Part shown: one piece after another, positions 1 to 13,599 of the stretch
How positions within the stretch are numbered: the first letter of the stretch is position 1
Layout: each line of letters begins with the position of its first letter
NCBI GenBank assembly: GCA_951406725.2
Contig: OX597819.1
Span: 3,844,001 to 3,908,000, forward strand
DNA length: 64,000 nucleotides
Direction of reading: 5' to 3'
From: Octopus vulgaris
Lineage: Eukaryota
Translations under genes and position numbers: made by a program
The notes under the pieces: model-generated
Told to the model about the DNA's origin: nothing
Database searches by the model: none
Seen by the model: the letters and a program-made list of their open reading frames with translations, nothing else

Positions 1-530
1 GTAAGCAATTCTTAATTGCACGTCGTTCTTGATATAAATGCACTTAGAAGTATCTTGGGATAGAAATTTTAAAAATAAGTCACTATACTGTAGAAAGTCT
101 GACATAAGGAAACAACAATTAATGCTAAAGACACCATGCCCTGACACTGAACACCGATACGCTGTGTGTTGAAGAAATTTACCACTGTCTGCCTTGAAAA
201 AAAGAAATATGTTAGCCAGTCGAGAAATTTTTGGAATAGTAGCTCTCCCCAACATGTAAGAATATCTATCACTACTCTCTCACGCTATGAACGCCATCCT
301 GCTGCCAACTATTCAGTTATCTCTGTTTAGATCTAAAAAACAAGAGCCAAGTGATTTAAAAACATTCATTACCCTTTTCCTTAAACACATCTAGCCCATC
401 AAAAACTGCTTACATAGAATCAACATTCTAGCTATACATTCATATTCACTTTTTCGCGATTTTTTCTTACCTCTATCAAGTGTTCAGTCAAAAGACATTT
501 AAATACATCTACCATATTACTGTGCATGAT

Positions 531-750
531 AAGGCGGTGAGTTGGTAGAATCATTAACACGTCTGAGCAAAATGCATAGCAGCATTTCGTTCGTCTTTAC
601 GTACTCAGTTCAAATTCTGCCAGGGACGGCATTGCCTTTCAAGTTTTCGGGGTCGATAAAATAAGCTCCCAGTTGAGCGCTGAAGTCTACATAATCGACT
701 TGTCTACTCCCCCGAAATTGCTGTCCTTTTGCCCAAATTTAAGACCATAT
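531..750 (+). mobile_element. tRNA-derived SINE family A (Meta-like core), with about 20-bp TSD
   Basis: Head aaggcggtgagttggtagaatc, B-box-like gttcaaattc, core gcctttcaagttttcggggtcgataaaataag. Direct repeat accatattactgt(g/a)catgataa at 511-532 and 744-765. Confidence 0.85.
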
Positions 751-1945
751 TACTGTACATGATAATAATTATCTTGTATGTACGAATTCCTGGTGAAATG
801 CATTTAAAAGGAGTTTTGTGCAAAGATCATGGTAGACAATAGTCTCATGCTCCACTCACTCTTTCAAATTATATCACATTCTCAATCTGATTGATTGAAC
901 TTCTACATTGAACATTGTTATAATAGAAATTTGTTTTCTAGGTTAAATTAAAATATATTGTGTCTTATTTGGTTAGACTGAATGCTAGTAATGAAAACAT
1001 AAAATAGTGGATGTAGGTTTGAACAGAAGCAAAGCAGAAAAAGTGACAGTACATGAGCAATGAAATTGCACGTGTGTAATGCTGAGAAGAAATTTTTGTT
1101 AGATATTAAGTACGAGTAGATGATGTAAAAAAAAAAAGTATAATTGGCAGCGTTTTCGGAACAAATGAGAGAGGACTATTATTCATTAAGTTCTTCAGTA
1201 TGTTGGTTTCTTTAATCCACATAGTTCAGCTTCAGTCCATACCGAAGCAAATTATATAGGTTGCTTTTGTTTTTTGTTTTACTTATTGCTAAATTGCTTT
1301 CATTATCGCTTGTTAAGTATATTTAAATTTTCTTCTTGAATTTCATTTCATCTTCTTCTCGCTTCCTGATAATTTACTACGTTGCAAGCTATAACTACGA
1401 ATACTTCTATATACATAAGTGTGTTTCATATGTTTCGGTTTTGCATACAAATAATGACCAGTTCATTACTCATAAACGACTCAGTGGTGTATGCTGCTGC
1501 GAGAAAAAGGCCTTATATACAATGGATCAGTCCACTACACTTTAAAAAGTATTGTCTGGAAATCGATTTCAGTTGAAATAAATTTATGCGGAGGAGTATT
1601 GTTTTAGCTTGATGCGATGATCTCAAATCCTATTGGTTGGGAGCTGATATCCTGTTTTACGTAAACAACAAACAGACTTGAATATGTTAATAGCTTTCAT
1701 ACAGGATATGTGCTTAAATGAAGCTCTGAAGCCTAATTACACATTATGTAGTATCTTTTATCTTCCTTTTTTCTTTTCCTCATTTCAGACCGCCTTGAAA
1801 CGTTTAGTCAAACAACACAGTACATTTTTTCTAAGCCTGGTGCATACGTATGTACATAATATGTGCCTGTATGCATGCATACATTATGTTACATACATAA
1901 ATATATACATACATGCATTACATTACGTACATAAATTACATAACT

Positions 1946-3075
1946 TGAGGGTAGGCTTAAAAGTTTATAGGCTGATTATAAAGGAGTGAGGCTTGAGCTG
2001 TGAAATCGTGCATGCATTAATTTCATCTTTTCTTATTAATAACTGTAGTGTTTCTTTCCAGGTAAACTCATATATGACTGTTTAAAGAAGACTTCAAAAG
2101 TAACTAGTCGTGACTTGTCTTGAAAATGGAAAACTTTGGCATCGTGCTGTTATCAAATACTTGCAGAAAATGGGTTTAGCCACAAAAGACGTTCATGCTG
2201 ACATGGTTGCTATATTAAGGGATGACATTCCAGCTTTATCAACAGGGAAAAAGTGGGTAGCTGAATTTAAGAAAGGAAGGGATAGTTTTAAAAATGCCCC
2301 AAGGTCTGGATATCCTGAAACTGCCACGACTGAAGAAAGCAATGATCGTGTTCACCACATGCTGATGGATGACAGGTAGTTTGCCATAAACCCCATAGCC
2401 AATGTTATTACCGTATGCCGTGAGAAAGTTGAGAATATTCTGCACAATGAACTTGGTATGATGAAGGTTTCTGCTCGGTGGGTGCTTGTCTTCTGAAACC
2501 TGATCGAAAGCGCACCAGGTTGATCACACCACTGGAAAATCTGCCATTGTTCCAGGTAGATCCAGCTGATTTTCTTGAATTTTTCCTAAGCCAGAATGAG
2601 TGTTTGCTTTCTTACTTTGTGCAAGAGACAAAGAAACAATCCATGCAGTGGAAACACCCCTCCTCGCCTGCTCCGAAGAAAGCTACGGTCGCTTCATCTA
2701 CAGAGAAGGCGAAGGCTTCAGTATTTTGGAATGCAAAAGATATTATGTTTAATGACTATCTTCAAAGGGGCCACACGATTAATGGAGAGTAATATGCTAA
2801 CTTGTTGAGGCAGTTATGAAAGGCTATCAAGACCAAACGCCCAGGAAAACTGACCAAAGGGGTCTTGTTTGATGAGGACAATGATCCAGCATACAAGACC
2901 TTGGCTTCAATGGCCGCTGAGCGTGATTGTGGCTTTAAACTGATTGATCAGCTTCCTATTCTCCTGATTTGGTCTCACCTGACTATCTATTTGTTCCCCA
3001 GCATGAAAAACCACGTGGCTGAGAACCAGTATTGCAGTGATGATGTGCTAATATCTGCTGTTGATGACTTTTTCG
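1946..3075 (+). mobile_element. Mariner transposon, decayed and 3'-truncated (transposase pseudogene)
   Basis: Broken frames give HRAVIKYLQKMG...KWVAEFKKGR...PRSG, KVSARWV, ETKKQSMQWKHPSSPAPKK, ASVFW, GHTING, SPDL, all mariner motifs. TIR-like start tgagggtaggcttaaaagtt. Stops and frameshifts present. Confidence 0.92.
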
Positions 3076-3229
3076 TATGTATGTAAGTATGTATGTATGT
3101 GTGTATTATGTGTGTATGTATGTATGTATGTATTAGGTGTGTATGTATGTATGTATTATGTGTGTATATATGTATGTATGTATTATGTATGTGTGTATGT
3201 ATGTATGTAAATATGTGTGTGTGTGTGTT

Positions 3230-3405
3230 TTTGAACCCCCCACTTGACAACCAGTATCAGTTTGTTTACATCCTTGTAACTTAGCTATTCGGCAAAATTG
3301 GAACAGCATAGTAAGTACTGGGGTCGAATTTTTTCGACCTAAACCCTTCAATGTGGTGCCCCATCATGGCAGCAATCTAATAACTGAAACAAGTAAAAGA
3401 TAAAA
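3230..3405 (+). mobile_element. SINE family B, 3' part
   Basis: cttgacaaccagtatcagtttgtttacatcc...ctgaaacaagtaaaaga matches the 3' half of the copies at 12030 and 46040. Confidence 0.75.
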
Positions 3406-4814
3406 GTGGTATAAAATTGAATATTTATCTGATTTCATATAACTATAGTAATTCCAGAAATCTCCTTTTTAATAATGAGTTAAAATGACAGCGGTTACGT
3501 TCACAAAGGCGAATGTCAAAAGAGTCAAATATATTCAAAATATTCCTATCATTTACATTAATTAAAGACTACCAAAGTTCAGAAATCGTTTTTCTTTATC
3601 TTATTTCCATTCTGTTGCAAAAATTCTTCAATAGCTAAATCTTCATAATAGATAAAATTTGAAAAATAGCTTTTTCTTTTTATAAATCGATGAGCGAACG
3701 TTTTTTTTTTATAATTTTCATGATCGATTTTATTTTACTATGGTTATTCCTGTAACACCGTTTTTCAACCCGAATGACTTTAGTTACTATCATGAAGTAG
3801 TTTAAAATATTTCGAAATTGCAAGCGATTCGGAAATGTAAAGAACAAGAGCGTCCATGGAAAGATGCTACAATTGATCCTTGAATTTAAGAACGCCTGAA
3901 TATTTCAAACAAATCCAGGTTTCCATAGACGTCTGAGAATCCGCATTAGAAGAAGGCGAAACAAAAGAAACTGAAGGATTTGGGGCAGCTTCTGGAATTG
4001 GGAAAACCTCTGATGTGTGTGTGTGTGTGTGTGTGTATGTGTGTGGATTTCTTAAATAGAGAACCACGACGTAGCTTGCGCTGAATAAAGATATATGCAT
4101 GCACAATATTTAACACGTTCGTGTACACTCGAAAGTGGGGGACTATTTTTTAAACAATCACAGGAGAAATATCTCCTCTTACGTAATATATGGAAAAACA
4201 CAATGACATCATCCGATCGAGGAACGCATGCATGTTTGTATTGTTATGCGCCATCAGCCTCCGATACCGTCTGTGTCGATCATAACCCTTTCGGAATGAT
4301 AGCTCTGATAAATAAGAAGAGTAACCTATAAATTTACTGAGGTGTGCACAGTTTGATCAAACTCGAATGAATTGAATAGAGTCGCTCGAAGCAGCGTTGA
4401 ACGGAATCTACATTGGAGCCTGGGAAAACCTTTTGCTGTGCAAATAATCTCGGGAGAAGTCTCTCCTCGTTCACTTGTGCTCTTCATGCTGTACTAATTC
4501 CCCCTCCCACCCACATGCATACACACAAAATTAAATCGATCGAGAAAATACCGTGCCATTCTTAAAAATAAGTTAGAATCTCCAGACCCGCAGGCCAAAC
4601 GTTCAATTTGAACCGACACCTACTACCAATGGAATTTTAAACATTTGAAAATATCAATGAAACTACTTCTTAGACTGGTTTTTCAGTTAACACATGTTTG
4701 GCTTCTTATTTTGGTTGAAAATATTAGGTCTAAAGTTCAAAATCAGTTTAATGAATACTGAACAATAAAAGAAATAATTATGAACGCGTAGACATTCAAT
4801 GAACACACACGCAC

Positions 4815-4833
4815 AGTATATATATATATATAA

Positions 4834-4870
<37 letters not shown>

Positions 4871-5083
4871 TCATATGTTTGCTTGTGTGTGTATATATAT
4901 ATATATATATAATATATTTATATATATATGTATGTATATGCTCATATGTTTGCGTGTGTGTACACACATATACACATATATAAAGACATATATACAAACG
5001 GACATACACACACATCTTTATATATGTATACATATGTATATACGTGTGTATATATATATGTACATATATATACATATGTGTGT

Positions 5084-5132
<49 letters not shown>

Positions 5133-5150
5133 TGTATGTGTATGTATGCA
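4815..5150. repeat. (TA)n/(CA)n compound microsatellite
   Basis: Dinucleotide tracts seen directly. Confidence 0.95.
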
Positions 5151-6840
5151 CAAATAAGTTGATGCCCACATGCAAGTACACAATGCACAGACGCACACAT
5201 ACTTACATAGACGAATACATATAGATATCTCCCAACGCTAATAACTTCATACATATGCTCATACTTTTAAAGAGGTCGGTCAGCCATACGTAGACAAAAT
5301 TTCACTCACATACCAGCGCACATGGTGAGATATAAATACACACATATGTATGCTTGTATTTATATAAATACACACAACATGTTTGAACGAATGTATTTGT
5401 ACGTGTGTAGTTGTGCGTGTTCGTCTTTGCGTGCGTGAGTTACACTCCAATAATTATCCGAGTGTATTTTTATGTATTCTGGTGCAGAAAAGGAATGAAT
5501 AGGAAATGTGATCATTTGATAGTCACAATATAGAGGGAGCGGGAAGAATAAAGAATGTGTGTCGCTGCTGACGCCTTAATAGTGACACTAATAAGGTGCC
5601 ACAATTCAATATTTGGAGGTGATCTGTAATTGCCTTTATTATGAAGTTGACCGAAATTCCAACAGGGCTAAACGGAAAGAAACCCCTCATTTACTGTTAA
5701 TTACCACAGATATTGCAAAACTTCATCCACAACACATTTTGAAATTGTCGCTTCAGAGCTAGTAGAAACATCCCGCTAGCTAGACAAGATATAGATTTCA
5801 CCGGTAGAGCGTATTTTCTATTATTTTCGTCGACGAGCGCCATTCAGTGTATGAACATGCCTGGTAAACTGATTATTCAAGTTTGAGTCAACTTTTGAGC
5901 GTAACAAATTCATTTCTCGCACGCTACTGTTATGACACTGAGAAAAGCATGGACATCACTGAATCACATTAATGTTCAGATAATTGTTTGAACTATTTTC
6001 ACTCCTAATGTTAGTATTTTCTCATCAGCAACGTCAGAAATGTCTTCTCTTTTTTATACTTTGAATTGGTCTGGTAGAAATGATTATTCCTAAAGTCTCT
6101 GCAGGCTTTCAGAGACCAATGAAATTTCCGACAACCGTTTGGCGCTCGTCGACGGTCGCAGAAAAGATCTCGTATGGAGTTTCGGCATCTGGGAGAGAAA
6201 GGACTGGGGAGAGTTGTTAGGGTTAGTGTGTAGAAAAATAGAATGTAGACGGTGAAAGAAGAAACAACTGAATCAAAACTGTTTGGGAGTCGAAGGCGAG
6301 AGACCAACCAGCTACGAAGAGTCGATGCAACTATGGTAGCCGTAGAAAAGACAAAGGGATAAGACAACATGTCTATGAGCCAGGAGGTGTATTGTGTTGG
6401 TGGGCAGTTTCAGGCTAATTCTTCAGGTTGCTTTCTTTAGATACGTCAATGGTACGTGTGTGTGTGAAGCAGTTGCAGGTATGGAATCAGTACTCCATCA
6501 TTTTTTGTAATAATTAGTAGCAGTTGGATAAGGATGAAGTATTTTCTTGGACTAAAGAGGGCTTTATTATGATAAAAATATGTGTTTGTCGAGAGAACTC
6601 ATCACTGATGGAGAAGCCTAAAATTTAGAACAACCCAGAGTAGAAAATACTTTACTATGAGTAGAAATACGTCTCTCATGCAGTCATGCATATTAAAAAA
6701 ATCATTACAAGTGTGTTCAAAGTTACGTGTTTAACTGACTGTAAAAGAAAGAACATCGAAATTAAATCAGTGATAAAGCTAACTAGCTACATAACTTTAC
6801 ACTACGATATTCGCCATATAGTATACATCATCATCATCTT

Positions 6841-6866
6841 TACTACAACTACTACTGCTGCTGCTG

Positions 6867-6922
<56 letters not shown>
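6841..6922. repeat. (ACT)n/(GCT)n microsatellite
   Basis: Seen directly. Confidence 0.95.
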
Positions 6923-6924
6923 GC

Positions 6925-7300
6925 AACGAGCTAGCAGAATCGTTAGCACGCCGGGCGAAACGCGCAGCCGTATTTCGTCTGCCGTTACGTTCTGAGTTCA
7001 AATTTGCCTTTCATTCTTTCGGGGTCGATTAAATAAGTACCAGTTACGCACTGGGGTCGATGTAATCGACTTAATCCGTTTGTCTGTCCTTGTTTGTTCC
7101 CTCTGAGTGTAGCCCCTTGTGAGCAGTAAAGAAATAGGTATTTCGTCTGACTTTACGTTCTGAGTTCAAATGCTGCCGGAGTCGGCTTTGCCTTTCATCC
7201 TTTCGGGGTCGATAAATTGACAATCAGTTGCGAAGTGGGGTCGATGTAATCGACTGGTCCCTCCCCCAAAATTTCAGGCCTTGTGCCTATAGTAGAAAGG
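6925..7300 (+). mobile_element. SINE family A, composite copy with a duplicated core
   Basis: Head gagctagcagaatcgttagcacgccgggcgaaa followed by two successive core blocks gcctttcat(t/c)ctttcggggtcgat. Confidence 0.88.
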
Positions 7301-7357
7301 AATGTTATAATCATTATTATTATTATTCAGTAGTTTTATTTTTATTTTTATAGCGTG

Positions 7358-7395
<38 letters not shown>

Positions 7396-7420
7396 CATTA
7401 TTATTATTATTATTATTATT

Positions 7421-8590
7421 CTATATTTGACTTTTGCTTTATATTTGTACAAGTTGGCTCAAAGTCTCACCCAGAGACCTCAAGAGACAACAGGTTGGAA
7501 GTTCATGTTGTTGTTATGCCTAGTGTGCCATAAATTTTTTTTTTTGGTGTTGTACTAGTGAATGTCTAAAAAAAAACCGAAAATTATGTTTGTTTTAAAA
7601 CTTGAGATTACACAGAGAGTATTTTGCGTAGGATATGAGCAGTTCCCATGAGCACTATCTTTTGAATTTCTGCCATTTTTTGGTTTCCTGGTATCTGAGT
7701 TAGGTAGCAATCAGCCCCTTTTGCTATCATTCCCAGGGTACCTATGACAACAGGTATTGTTTTAGTCTTCAGCTTCCACATTTTGCTGATTTCTATTTCA
7801 AGATCTTTATATTTGCTTAGTTTTTGGTAGGTCTTAACAGATACGTTTATATCGATTGGGACAGTCCTATCAATGAGGAGGCATGTTCTTTGTCTGAAGT
7901 TTTTCAATATGATGTCTGGCCTATTTGCATCTATCTTTCTGTCAGTTTGAATGGTGAAGTTCCAGAAGAGTGAGATGTGGTCATTTTCAAGCACTGGAGG
8001 TGGTTTGTGCTCCCACCAGTTTTTTTCATGGGGCAAATCCAGGTTTTTGCAGATTACCCAGTGAATACATTGTGCAGCTCTATCATGCCTGTTGAGATAC
8101 TCTGTAGGCGCTAGAAGACTGCACTTGGAGACAACATGATCAATGGTTTCATTTTGTTGTTGACATACACGACATGTTGGGCTACTGCCGTTCTTTAATA
8201 TGTTGGCCTGGTAGTTTCTTGTTGGTAGGCATTGATCTTGAGCTTCTATGATAAACACTTCTGTTCAGATTTTAAGCCAGAGGCCATTAGCCATTGATGG
8301 GTCAGGGCTTTGTCAACATCTGCATTATTCGCTCTCTTTGGGTATTTGCCATAGAGAGGTTTTTCTTGCCATTTATCATTCAGAATAAATAAGGCCGCAG
8401 TTTTAGCACGGGTTTTCATGCGCTTAGCTTTTTTTGTGCTTGTTTCTTGTATGTCTAATTCCGAAATTTGTTGTATTCGGAATTCACTTAGATATTCCTT
8501 TGCCTGTTTTGTTACTAAGTATGATGCTTTCTTGTTTTCATGTTTTGAGACAAGTTTTAACATCCAGTCCTCAGAGTTTTTCAGGTTGGT
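7421..8590 (-). mobile_element. R4/Dong-clade LINE 3' fragment (CCHC knuckle, restriction-like endonuclease, 3' UTR) inserted in (TAA)n
   Basis: ORF 7608-8258 has AQDQ, CRVCQQQNETIDHVVSKC, RHD, RPDI...LID, KLSKYKDL, PVVIGTLG. The upstream frame has WQEKPLYGKY...WL...GLKSE. Both ends abut ATT/CAT microsatellites, as expected for TAA-targeting Dong elements. Confidence 0.93.
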
Positions 8591-8591
8591 T

Positions 8592-8653
<62 letters not shown>

Positions 8654-8676
8654 CATCACCACCACTACCATCATCA

Positions 8677-8731
<55 letters not shown>

Positions 8732-8752
8732 CATCATCATCATCATCATTAT
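8592..8752. repeat. (CAT)n/(ATT)n microsatellite
   Basis: Seen directly. Confidence 0.95.
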
Positions 8753-9345
8753 TGAGTGAGAGAGCATTGCATGCCATAGAAGAGACACTGGGGTAAAATA
8801 TACGAAGCCCAGTATACCCATCATGACTACCCGTCTGATAAGGGTACACTAGGCACATGCATCAAAGCCATATGCGCGCGACATGGTGGTCACATATCAA
8901 GATAAACAGCACATGATCTTACAGGTGGGGCCCAGTTAGGTTGAGTAGACCATCCTGTCCAAAAGCTTCCTGAATACGGTTTATTTAAGGATAATTAACA
9001 AAACACCCATGTTTCCAGAAGTGATACTTCCAAACCCCAAAGAATTCCTTTCAATACACGGCTATGGTGCTGCCCCACTAGTTCTGCTCATGATCAGAGA
9101 TGCATATAACGTCAGCCACTAAGGGACATGCACATCTGGTTATGGTCAAGCAGGTGACAAGCAAATCTGTGGTATGGAACAGAATATTTGCTGTACCCAT
9201 CTTTTATCGGAAGACAAAACAACGTACATGATAACACTTCCAATCTGTTTAGATCAAAAGCCATGAGAGCCACTGCCTGTTACTGCATCAGGGCAAGCAA
9301 AATATTTGCTGGAGCCCATTTTTTATACCATGACAAAACAATGTA
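8753..9345. repeat. Interspersed repeat of unclear class, possibly a LINE UTR fragment
   Basis: GC-richer block between a microsatellite and a SINE, with internal duplication of agaatatttgctg...cccat...ttttat...acaaaacaa. No intact ORF. Resembles an abundant octopus repeat from memory only. Confidence 0.45.
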
Positions 9346-10012
9346 AAGGCGGTGAACTGGCAGAATCGTTAGCTCTCTGGACGAAATGTGTAGCGGTATT
9401 TCGCCCGTCGCTACGTTGTTAGTCCAAATTCCGCCGAGGTCGACATTACTTTTCATCCTTTTAGGGTCGATAAATTAAGTACCGCTAGAATACTGGGGTC
9501 GATGTAATCGAAACACCCCTCCCCCAAAATGGCTGACCTTGTGGCAAAATTTGAAACCATTATTATTATTATTATTATTACTAAGGCGGCGTACTAGCAG
9601 AGTCATTATCACGCCGGGCAATATACTAAGTGGTGTTTCGCCCGTCGCTACGTTCTGAGTTCAAATTCTACCGAGGTCGACTTTGCTTTTCATCCTTTCG
9701 GGGTTGATAAATTAAGTACCGGTTGAGTACTGGGGTCGATGTAACCGACTAATCGCCTCCCCCAAAATATCAGGTCTTGTGTCTATAGTAAAAAGGATTA
9801 TAATTATTAAGGCAGAACTATGACTGCGTCGGACGAAATTTTTAGTGGCATTTTGTCCATCTATACGTTTTCCGTTCAAATTCCACCGAGGACGACTTTG
9901 TACTTCATCTTTCGGGGACGGTGAAATAAGTACCAGTTAAGCACTAGGGTCGACGTGATCAACTATTCCCCTCCCCAAAATTTCTGGCTTTGTGCCAATT
10001 GTAGAAAGGAAT
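9346..10012 (+). mobile_element. Three tandem SINE family A copies (about 9346-9560, 9583-9800, 9808-10012)
   Basis: Each has the aaggc head, the ccgaggtcgactttg...catcctttcggggtcgat core and a ccccaaaa tail, separated by short ATT tracts. Confidence 0.88.
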
Positions 10013-10224
10013 ATCATTTTCATTATTTCAATCTATTCAACAGTTACTCATACCATGGGAACTGAATCGCATGCCGTGATGTGGGATAAGTATTAATTAA
10101 TAAAAAAAGACGAAAACTAAGAACTCAAGCAGGTTCATAAGTTTCATTTGTGCTTTATGACGTCGTTTATATTTTACATCTCATAATACCAATTAACTAT
10201 ACAATTTAGAATGAGGTCAGCTGG

Positions 10225-10245
10225 AATATGTGTGTGTGTGTATGC

Positions 10246-10294
<49 letters not shown>

Positions 10295-10337
10295 AAAACA
10301 TACGTATATATGTATATGTACATGCATATGCATATAC

Positions 10338-10378
<41 letters not shown>

Positions 10379-10551
10379 ACATACACACACGCACACACAC
10401 AATTATATATATATATATATTTATATAAATAAATATATATATATATGTATACGTATATATATGTATATACATATATATATATATATACGTACACACATAT
10501 ATATAAATACATATATTTATACATATATATATATATACATATATATATGCA

Positions 10552-10583
<32 letters not shown>

Positions 10584-10592
10584 CATATATAT

Positions 10593-10641
<49 letters not shown>

Positions 10642-10690
10642 TATATACATATATATATGTGTGTATATATATATATATACAGATATATAA
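10225..10690. repeat. (TA)n-rich microsatellite
   Basis: Seen directly. Confidence 0.95.
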
Positions 10691-10734
10691 TAGGAATGTG
10701 TTACGAAAAGAAAATAGAAACCACACGTGTAAAT

Positions 10735-11177
10735 GTAAGGGGAAAATAAGAAGGAAAATAAGGGAAAATGCACATTGGAAACCAAAAAAAAGTAAAGGTT
10801 TATTTTTATGAAAAGTAATAGATATATACAATTAGATGAACTGAGGTAGGAATAAAAGTAATAAAAGTCATTATTGTGAATTGTTAAAGAGATTCAAAAG
10901 CATACCGGTTTCGTATTACACATTATCTTTTTCCTCAGGGACTCGTAAACCTGAAGCCGTTCAGTAATCGGTGTGCATTCAAAGCAATGACTAGCAATTT
11001 TACCAAACCGGTATGCTTTTCAATCTCTTTCACAATTCCCAATATTGACTTTTATTACATTTATTCCTACCTCAGATCATCTAATTGTATATATCTATCG
11101 TTACTTTTGATAAAATGGCTCTACGTGTTTGATTTCCAACGTGCATTTTCCCTTATTTTTCTTCTTACTTTCCCCTA
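10735..11177. mobile_element. Inverted-repeat cassette (arms about 10735-10915 and 11002-11177), Penelope pLTR-like, with decayed hammerhead motifs
   Basis: Arms are reverse complements (ggggaaaataagaaggaaaataagggaaaatgcac vs gtgcattttcccttatttttcttcttactttcccc). Inner ends carry GAAAC-CG-GTA (minus arm) and caaac-cg-gta (plus arm). Flanked on both sides by TA-rich microsatellite. Confidence 0.75.
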
Positions 11178-11244
11178 TACATACATACATACATACATAC
11201 ATACATACAATTATACATACATATATACATATATACACAAATGT

Positions 11245-11313
<69 letters not shown>

Positions 11314-11423
11314 TATATACATTCACATATATACATACTATATAAAATACGCATATCTATACACATATGTATATATACATATATATATGAGAGTTTGGAG
11401 ATGATGTACTGGTATTTTATATT

Positions 11424-11685
11424 AGAAGAAATGAGGTACTCAGAAATTCGGATGGTTTTATATTTTACAGATATTTATTTGTATATTACATGTTTTTATA
11501 CATTTGTATGTTACATGTTTTTTCCATTTGAAAAATCGACCAGAATGGACGCAATTTGAAAAATCCACCAGAATGGACGAAAGCGCTAATATATGATATA
11601 TGATATAAGTTATATGATGTATTAAAACATGTAATATACAAATAAATATCTGTAAACATAAAACCATCCGAATTTCTGAGTACCT

Positions 11686-11690
<5 letters not shown>
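11424..11690. mobile_element. Inverted-repeat cassette, Penelope pLTR-like; another copy of the arm lies at 26350-26490
   Basis: aaatgaggtactcagaaattcggatggtttta pairs with taaaaccatccgaatttctgagtacctcattt. Contains TTGAAAA...GAAAGCGCTA. Confidence 0.75.
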
Positions 11691-11737
<47 letters not shown>

Positions 11738-11783
11738 ATATAAGTATGCATATATGTATGCATATATATATGTATATATATAT

Positions 11784-11852
<69 letters not shown>

Positions 11853-11914
11853 TATATTTACATATATATACATATACACACACACATATATATATATATA
11901 TATAATATACATAT

Positions 11915-11964
<50 letters not shown>

Positions 11965-12029
11965 ATTTTGATTTGATTTTTCCAGTTTCAGCTAATGAGC
12001 TGTGGCCATGCTGGGGCACCGCCATATAT

Positions 12030-12233
12030 CTTTTACTCTTTTACTTGTTTTAGTCATTTGACTGCGGCCATACTGGAGTACCGCCTTTAGTCGACCAAAT
12101 CGACACCAGGACTTATTTTTGTAAGCCTAGTACTTATTCTATCGGTCGCTTTTGCCGAACCGCTAAGTTACGTGGAGTTGAACACACCAACATCGGTTGT
12201 CAGCCAATGGTGGGGGGACAAACACAGATACAC

Positions 12234-12294
<61 letters not shown>

Positions 12295-12580
12295 TTTCTA
12301 GTTTCAGCTCAGAGCTGCGGCCATGCTGATGCACCACCGTTTTGTGCTACACTGTTATTACGACGAACCTCGTCTAATATGTGGCACTTGGTGAAGAATG
12401 GAGTTTGATACAGCTACTCTATATATATACGACCGGCTTCTTTCAGTTTCCGTCTACCAAATCCACTCACAGGGCTCTGGTCGGCTATAGTAGAAGATAC
12501 TTGCTCAAGGTGCCACGCAGTGGGACTGAACCCGATAACATGTGGTTGGTAAGCAAGCTACTTACCACACAGCCACTCCT
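12030..12580 (-). mobile_element. tRNA-derived SINE family B, near full length
   Basis: Minus strand head ggagtggctgtgtggtaagtagcttgcttaccaaccac...gggttcagtccc, then ccttgagcaagt, an internal (TG)n tract and tail gactaaaacaagtaaaagagtaaaag. Confidence 0.9.
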
Positions 12581-12859
12581 ACATACATTTATATAGATAT
12601 ATACATATATGCATACATATATATGTACATATATACATATGCACACATACATGTATACATATATATATATATATATATGCATGTATATATGTATATATAT
12701 ATATAAATATATAATACCATAAGGGCACAGATAGTGTGCCTAAAGCCAGCTGGAGACGATGATCTCTTGCGGCTAAAAAGCTACAGTAACACCCCCCTTT
12801 GTGGTTAGCCATATTGAAATGGCTATTATACTTTACATATATATATATAAATATATATT

Positions 12860-12894
<35 letters not shown>

Positions 12895-12943
12895 AATATA
12901 AATATATATATATATAAATACATATATATATATAAATAAATAA

Positions 12944-12987
<44 letters not shown>

Positions 12988-13100
12988 GTATATATATGTA
13001 TATATATATATTTATATATATAAATATATATTTATATATATATATATATATATATAATATAAATATATATATATATAAATACATATATATATATAAATAA

Positions 13101-13148
<48 letters not shown>

Positions 13149-13175
13149 GTATATATATATATTTATATATATAAA

Positions 13176-13235
<60 letters not shown>
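12580..13235. repeat. (TA)n-rich microsatellite with a short insert at about 12715-12830
   Basis: Seen directly. Confidence 0.9.
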
Positions 13236-13236
<1 letters not shown>

Positions 13237-13556
13237 GGTAGATAGCTAGATAGAAAGATAGATATAACCAAAATCACAAGTAAAGTAACGGAAAATAAAC
13301 AACAAAAGTCTATTACATGTACACACCGAATATATTAGATTGACACTCAGTGAAAGATTTACTTGAAAAAAAAAAGAGTGGAAACGATGTTTTGAGTGTT
13401 ACTCTTCGTTGGGTAGAGGAAAATGTCCAATGAGGTGGAAAAGAAGGAAAGAGCAGATTATCTGGAAGAAAGCACGTGTGTCGTTAGATGACCAGGAAAT
13501 AACTAACCGGATGTTGGAGAGAGATACAGAAGTTGGCTTTTGAAAGCAGGAGAGTG

Positions 13557-13596
<40 letters not shown>

Positions 13597-13599
13597 ATG

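Noticed and set aside
1-6. gtaagc splice-donor-like start of the window
   Set aside because: No upstream context and no supported plus-strand gene.
69-272. Hydrophobic minus-strand ORF as a possible terminal (GPI/TM) exon
   Set aside because: No Cys pattern continuing the domain and no convincing compatible exon chain; not supportable without RNA data.
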